From IMG/VR virus record IMGVR_UViG_3300032050_008696, positions 1-58,865 of that record: a stretch of 58,865 bases of DNA; one strand, given 5' to 3'. The translations under genes were made by a program, and so were the position numbers. The notes below the pieces were generated by a model. The model saw only the letters and a program-made list of their open reading frames with translations, did not search any database and was not told the DNA's origin. Positions within the stretch are counted from its first letter, which is position 1, and the number at the start of each line of letters is the position of its first letter. The DNA is from a virus (lineage: Duplodnaviria; Caudoviricetes). Positions 54,145-58,865 of the stretch are shown one piece after another.

Positions 54145-54938
54145 AAAAGACAAAAATAGGTATAATTGGTTATGGTTACGTAGGTAGGGCGTTTGATAAC
54201 TTTTTTAAAAATCATTATGATGTATCGATTTACGATCCATCGTATATAATGTCTTGTACAAAAGAAGATATCAATAAATGTGATTTAGCCGTTATATGTG
54301 TACCTACGCCTGAAAATGCTGACGGTAGTTGTAATACCAGTATAGTAGAAGAAACGATACAGTGGTTGAATACTCCGTTAATACTATTGAAGTCTACAGT
54401 TGAAATTGGTACTACTGATAGATTGATCAAAACTTACAATAAAGAAATCGTATTTAGTCCAGAATTTGCCGGTGAATCAAAATATTGGACTCCGGATGGA
54501 TTTACCAATGATGTAAAACAAACTCCGTTCTTTATCTTTGGTGGTAAAAAAGAATTGTGTTATAAATTGATAGAAATCTATACACCAATAACAGGCCCAA
54601 GCAAAACATATAGAGTTACGGATCCAATCAATGCTGAAATTGCAAAGTATGTAACAAATACACATTTAGCAATGAAGGTTGCTTATTGTAATGAAATATA
54701 CGATCTATGTGAAAAGTTAGGTACCAATTACTATGAAGTGCGTGATTTGTGGTTATTGGATCCTCGTACAACCAAATCACATACAGCTGTATTTACGGGA
54801 GAACGTGGATTCGGCGGTAAATGTTTTCCAAAAGATACAAAAGCTATGGTTAAATTGGGTGAAAAAGTTGGCATTGATCTATCTATATTAAAGACAGTAC
54901 TAGAAAGTAACAAAGAACAATTGAAAAAGAATATATGA
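54141..54938 (+). CDS. UDP-glucose/GDP-mannose dehydrogenase family (short form)
   Basis: GYGYVG, CVPTP, KSTV, PEF, GFGGKCFPKD. Confidence 0.9.
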   Translation: MKKTKIGIIGYGYVGRAFDNFFKNHYDVSIYDPSYIMSCTKEDINKCDLAVICVPTPENADGSCNTSIVEETIQWLNTPLILLKSTVEIGTTDRLIKTYNKEIVFSPEFAGESKYWTPDGFTNDVKQTPFFIFGGKKELCYKLIEIYTPITGPSKTYRVTDPINAEIAKYVTNTHLAMKVAYCNEIYDLCEKLGTNYYEVRDLWLLDPRTTKSHTAVFTGERGFGGKCFPKDTKAMVKLGEKVGIDLSILKTVLESNKEQLKKNI

Positions 54939-55312
54939 ACTTTACCGATTTTAATATTCCTATGATATGTTGGGTAGCATTTGTCATGGTCGTTTGGTTT
55001 GAAAGTGATATCGTTACTACGATTGCTAATTTAACCAATACGAGAAATCTTTTAAAAATAAACGAGTTTAGTAAATATAAGTTGGAAATAGATGTAATGT
55101 CTAATTATCCAAACTTTCTTTATAGTATGTATCCAGGCTATTTAACTAAACTATTATCATGTCCAATATGTTTATGTTTTTGGACAACACTATTCTCTGT
55201 TAACTTACTGGTACTTGCATATGGATATAATCCATTATTTGCTTATTTATTATTTCCAATCAACTATATCAGTAGTTTGTTTTTATATTTAATAGTTAGA
55301 AAACTGTTATGA
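54935..55312 (+). CDS. Membrane protein with CxxC motif
   Basis: Hydrophobic segments, LLSCPICLCFW. Confidence 0.65.
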   Translation: MNFTDFNIPMICWVAFVMVVWFESDIVTTIANLTNTRNLLKINEFSKYKLEIDVMSNYPNFLYSMYPGYLTKLLSCPICLCFWTTLFSVNLLVLAYGYNPLFAYLLFPINYISSLFLYLIVRKLL

Positions 55313-55938
55313 TTCACATAAACTATTTTGACATGGGATTGTGTTATGATGCAAAAGAAATAGAACTTTTTGTAAATCATGTAGTTCCCAAATTTAAAAA
55401 TATTACCTATACTGTATATGGATTTGAAGCAGATCCAGATTCCTATAAAGTAATTAAAGACCGTTATAAAGATAATACGAATGTTAATATTAACAATCTT
55501 GCTATTTCAAATTCAAAAGGAAATGTAAAATTATACAAGTCCGATAATGGAGGATTAGGTAATTCAATTTTTCCATCAAAAAATAATGTAAGTCCTTTTA
55601 AATATTATGAAGTAGAATCAGATACATTTTCAAATTGGTTGATTGAAAATAACGTCGATTTAAAAAATAGTGTTAATATACTAAAAGTTAACATAGAAGG
55701 TGCTGAATTATATTTGTGGGAAGATTTTAAATTAAATAATTTAAGGAAAGACTTTCATATATTATGTGGAACTACTACACATGATATAAATAAAGTAAGA
55801 GAACTAGAACCGAAGGTTTCTTACTATTATGAACTTGTAAAAGAATTAAATGCCGAGTTAAGTTTATTTACAGGTACACATTGTAAAAAATCTGTAGATT
55901 GTTTAACAGATTTACTCAAACCAATTTTAGAACGATGA
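55309..55938 (+). CDS. FkbM-family methyltransferase
   Basis: YGFEADP, LAIS, LKVNIEGAE. Confidence 0.8.
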   Translation: MIHINYFDMGLCYDAKEIELFVNHVVPKFKNITYTVYGFEADPDSYKVIKDRYKDNTNVNINNLAISNSKGNVKLYKSDNGGLGNSIFPSKNNVSPFKYYEVESDTFSNWLIENNVDLKNSVNILKVNIEGAELYLWEDFKLNNLRKDFHILCGTTTHDINKVRELEPKVSYYYELVKELNAELSLFTGTHCKKSVDCLTDLLKPILER

Positions 55939-56216
55939 ATATAGGAAGTTATCAAGCATGTTTAAACTTTGTGGGTAATGATCAAGTACCCGGATTGAAT
56001 AATCTACGTGATTGTGTATCACAGTTGAGTAAAATCTGTAATTGTCAAAAATCTAGAAAAGCACAAAAAGGAGAAGAATGTAATGTGCTTTATATAAATT
56101 TTGCAAGTACAGTGGCACCAAATATGGTAGAATACTTCAAGTCAAAAACAAATGATGCTACCATAACATTTACGCATGGTAGCAATCATATTATATCAAC
56201 AATTACACTACGTTGA
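55935..56216 (+). CDS. Hypothetical Cys-rich protein
   Basis: ATGA-coupled ORF. Start moved to MNIGS. Confidence 0.6.
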   Translation: MNIGSYQACLNFVGNDQVPGLNNLRDCVSQLSKICNCQKSRKAQKGEECNVLYINFASTVAPNMVEYFKSKTNDATITFTHGSNHIISTITLR

Positions 56217-56835
56217 TTTGTTTTAGTACTTCCAATACAGTAGTCCGAATCGTCGGATGATTTTTAATATCAGAACAATCTGAATAATCTTGCCATTCTA
56301 TGGCAACATCTGCTCGTTTTAAAACTTTTGGATTATTCAATAACTCATGTTCATTTGGAGCACTATCATATATCTTGGTAATTTTGTTTTTACTAAAACG
56401 TTTACCTGATGGTATCGGTGCTAATTTATATTTGGTAATATGTACCAACTTACCCGTCATTTTACGTTGTAACCAAGTACATTCATCTTCTAGATAATGA
56501 TCATATCGAATATCAGTTATGAACACTACATCAGCTTTAGTATTGGAGATTCGATTTTCTACCTTTTGAGTCCAGTATTTACCCTCACTGGTCTTTCGCA
56601 TAACATCGCCATATGCAACTAATAGTGGTCTGATAATATTCTTTTCAGACGTATTTTCAGTAAATACATCTATACCTACTTTTTCTTTAATAAGATCCTT
56701 CAAATCACTTTTAAGTTCATATGCCAAAGCATACTTTTCTGATTTAATCCCATGTTCAGATAAAATCTCTTGTGCTACTGTAGTAAACAAGTCTTTACCA
56801 CTTCTAGCAAATCCAGATACCCCAATAATTTTCAT
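56203..56835 (-). CDS. dNMP kinase (T4 gp1-like P-loop kinase)
   Basis: GFARSGKD, R.LL..YG...R, ITDIRY..E. Confidence 0.8.
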   Translation of the reverse strand: MKIIGVSGFARSGKDLFTTVAQEILSEHGIKSEKYALAYELKSDLKDLIKEKVGIDVFTENTSEKNIIRPLLVAYGDVMRKTSEGKYWTQKVENRISNTKADVVFITDIRYDHYLEDECTWLQRKMTGKLVHITKYKLAPIPSGKRFSKNKITKIYDSAPNEHELLNNPKVLKRADVAIEWQDYSDCSDIKNHPTIRTTVLEVLKQINVV

Positions 56836-57308
56836 GATAACATCTTCTCCACTTCTTTTTCAGAATAACCAAATCCCTCAATTAAATTAATTAAATCTTT
56901 GATACCATTCTCAGACGATACCAATATTGTGTAGTAATCTTTAGCATCAGATGCTCCTACGGAAAACTTTTTGCAAATACAATCCAATACGGTCTGATTG
57001 ATATTTTCAGTACTGCCTTTAATATATTTACAAAACTTTCTACCTTTTGGTACCACTTCAACTAATACCTTATAAAATTGTTCATTCGGAACAAGTTGAA
57101 AATATTTAGATACAAATGCCATATCCTCAACAAGATCCGGATCCATACTCAAAAAACGAATAAGCATGTACTTGTTGAATGATGTTTTTTCTGCATCTGT
57201 AAGAGAGTTGTAATAATCTGGACTTTTAACCTCACGTATATGATTGATATGATCAAACAATCCACGGGTTTTACTGCTGGTTTCTTCGGATGTTTTCTTT
57301 CGTTTCAT
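56832..57308 (-). CDS. Clamp loader small subunit (T4 gp62-like)
   Basis: LFDHIN.I, FN.YM..RFLSM, VPKGRKF.KY.K, A.DY..IL pattern. Confidence 0.72.
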   Translation of the reverse strand: MKRKKTSEETSSKTRGLFDHINHIREVKSPDYYNSLTDAEKTSFNKYMLIRFLSMDPDLVEDMAFVSKYFQLVPNEQFYKVLVEVVPKGRKFCKYIKGSTENINQTVLDCICKKFSVGASDAKDYYTILVSSENGIKDLINLIEGFGYSEKEVEKMLS

Positions 57309-57522
57309 TATTTAATATTCTACTACGACGATGTAAATTTTCAACTTGTTTTAATAACTTGATTCTTTCTGAGTTTAATAACTCTATAGCGTCACTAGTA
57401 ATAATTTGAAACTCATCAAATTTTTTGATAACACGTAAAACCAAGTATATAGATAAAAAAGAAGTTATGGTTGCCAACGTGGTCAGCAACCATAACATTA
57501 TGTTATAAATGTTCCAGTCCAT
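57271..57522 (-). CDS. Membrane-anchored coiled-coil protein
   Basis: N-terminal TM helix followed by a heptad-like region. Confidence 0.55.
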   Translation of the reverse strand: MDWNIYNIMLWLLTTLATITSFLSIYLVLRVIKKFDEFQIITSDAIELLNSERIKLLKQVENLHRRSRILNNETKENIRRNQQ

Positions 57523-57549
57523 AGTAATATATATGAACTGGATTGATTA

Positions 57550-57756
57550 TCAGGCATTCTTATAAGCAGTGCTCAAGACTTCACGTAGAGCCTTGATCTG
57601 ACGACCGTCGAGATCAACGCGGGTCTTGCCAGAACGTAGAGTCAAACGCGAGGCCTTCTTCGCCTTAGCAACCGGGGTGGAGAGATAAATCTCAACGCCA
57701 GAGGAGTTATGGCCTACGAAGTTAGTCTTATTACGAGCATTTGTACGAGTATACAT
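57550..57756 (-). CDS. Small basic protein (68 aa, start MYTRT)
   Basis: GC-richer codons, A-rich leader, promoter TTGACA-17-TAAGAT at 57826-57854. Confidence 0.7.
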   Translation of the reverse strand: MYTRTNARNKTNFVGHNSSGVEIYLSTPVAKAKKASRLTLRSGKTRVDLDGRQIKALREVLSTAYKNA

Positions 57757-57865
57757 ATTATTTTTTTCTTTCTTTTTTATTTGTTTGTTTTTTTGTTTCG
57801 TTAGTTTCATCACTAACTTAAATTTATCTTAACACCCAACTATCAAACTGTCAACAACTTTTTAA

Positions 57866-58783
57866 TTATATTTTGAATTCTTTTTCAAACCGTTCAAGAG
57901 CATAGTCCTTTGCCTTGAATTCAAACTCATAATTCACATCATATTCACCTACATATTCATCAGGAATGTTACGTACATAGTCACCATGTGCGCGTGGATT
58001 AGTATTGTTTAGATCATTATCACTGAAATGAAACAACGGTGTGTACTTACCCCATGTAGACTTAGCTAGTTTTACTGCATCTTTAGGTGATAGTTTACCT
58101 GGATTACATCGAAAATGAAGATTGTCATAGGTAATTGGAATGCCAGTCTGAGAATAAACCAAATCATATAGTTCTTCAACTTTCCAACTATTAGGTTTGT
58201 CTTCATTCTCCAAAACCAGTCTAGACCTCACATTGTCAGGAAATGTTTTATAGACATCAATAAAACGCAAGGCGATGTCTTTTACATCACCTTTGTAACA
58301 GTTCATATGAATATTGATAGGAGCTTCATATGATTGAGGCAAACCAAGCATATCCATCATTTTGGCATGCATCTTTAGTTCTTCGATAGATTTGGTTACT
58401 ACCGCTGAGTTTGAACTAGCCGGTACAACAAATTGATCTGGATGTGTGCTACAACGAATATTGTTATCCTTGATTACTTTAGCACACAAATCAAATTCGT
58501 TTTTGATAGACTTGAAATTATAAGCAGATTCCAACAATAAATTTGCTTCTGGAAGTGTTTCCAATGGCATCATTCCGCTTGTAACACGATAGTTCCAATT
58601 TTTAGATGCACATAATTCTAGAGTTTTGCGTGTAACAAAAACATTGTTGAGAGTTCGATCAGCAACAATTTTTTCTGCATTTTTACGATCAAGAGCAAGA
58701 AATCGTGTTTTGGTCATGGTTGACCCTTTGATTCCTTGCTCTTGAAGTTTGAGACTGATGCAACATAGTGATTTTTTCATCAT
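57866..58783 (-). CDS. uvsE: UV damage endonuclease
   Basis: YR..S...P, HPDQF, INIH, LENED, D..H, FHFS, HGDY, EFKAKD. Promoter TTGACA-17-TAATAT at 58790-58818. Confidence 0.93.
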   Translation of the reverse strand: MMKKSLCCISLKLQEQGIKGSTMTKTRFLALDRKNAEKIVADRTLNNVFVTRKTLELCASKNWNYRVTSGMMPLETLPEANLLLESAYNFKSIKNEFDLCAKVIKDNNIRCSTHPDQFVVPASSNSAVVTKSIEELKMHAKMMDMLGLPQSYEAPINIHMNCYKGDVKDIALRFIDVYKTFPDNVRSRLVLENEDKPNSWKVEELYDLVYSQTGIPITYDNLHFRCNPGKLSPKDAVKLAKSTWGKYTPLFHFSDNDLNNTNPRAHGDYVRNIPDEYVGEYDVNYEFEFKAKDYALERFEKEFKI

Positions 58784-58814
58784 TTTATAATATTACATCA
58801 CAAATTATAAAATG

Positions 58815-58865
58815 TCAACGACCAACTTCGTGAAAATAAACACTCTTTGCTTCATCATATGTCAT
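58815..58865 (-). CDS. Probable 3' end of a gene entering from beyond the window (...TYDEAKSVYFHEVGR*)
   Basis: Open frame from the window edge to the TGA at 58815-58817. Confidence 0.4.
   Translation of the reverse strand: MTYDEAKSVYFHEVGR

Noticed and set aside
7321-55938. Cellular O-antigen or capsule locus
   Set aside because: It is interleaved with T4-like replisome and phage-type genes, and no export or polymerase components were recognised.
2983-56497. Many 60-120 aa ORFs antisense or out of frame within long genes (e.g. 2983-3186, 21321-21665, 34062-34367, 37407-37724, 50279-50647)
   Set aside because: Shadow frames of well-supported genes with no motifs or start signals.
1-58865. 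Stop-codon reassignment
   Set aside because: Conserved genes are full length in the standard code, TAA, TGA and TAG all end genes, and no suppressor tRNA is seen.

Overview
AT-rich (roughly 30% GC by eye) segment of a large tailed dsDNA phage genome, not a cellular chromosome. No capsid, portal or terminase genes lie in the window. The left 2.5 kb is a minus-strand stable-RNA array. It holds nine tRNA or tRNA-like genes: Leu-UAA split by a 202-nt group I intron, Leu-CAA, Ile-UAU with a long variable arm, three atypical tandem CAU tRNAs, Glu, Lys and Arg. It also holds three unexplained structured RNAs, six boxA-like elements, sigma70-type promoters and an antisense HNH cassette, with a SpoU RNA methyltransferase gene nearby. 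The rest encodes a T4-like replisome (family B polymerase, clamp, two clamp-loader subunits), an SNF2-like helicase, nucleases, dUTPase, dNMP kinase, UvsE, ClpP, IscU and a ferritin-like protein. It also encodes modular, probably virion-packaged polyproteins, one ending in a lysozyme, and about 30 sugar-synthesis, glycosyltransferase and methyltransferase genes. The strongest leads are the uncharacterised ncRNAs and deviant tRNAs in the array, the putative protease-processed polyproteins, a split glycosyltransferase with a prfB-like +1 frameshift signature, and an RHH gene with an operator-like repeat heading the 18-kb glycosylation run. All assignments are from motif reading by eye; no searches were run.
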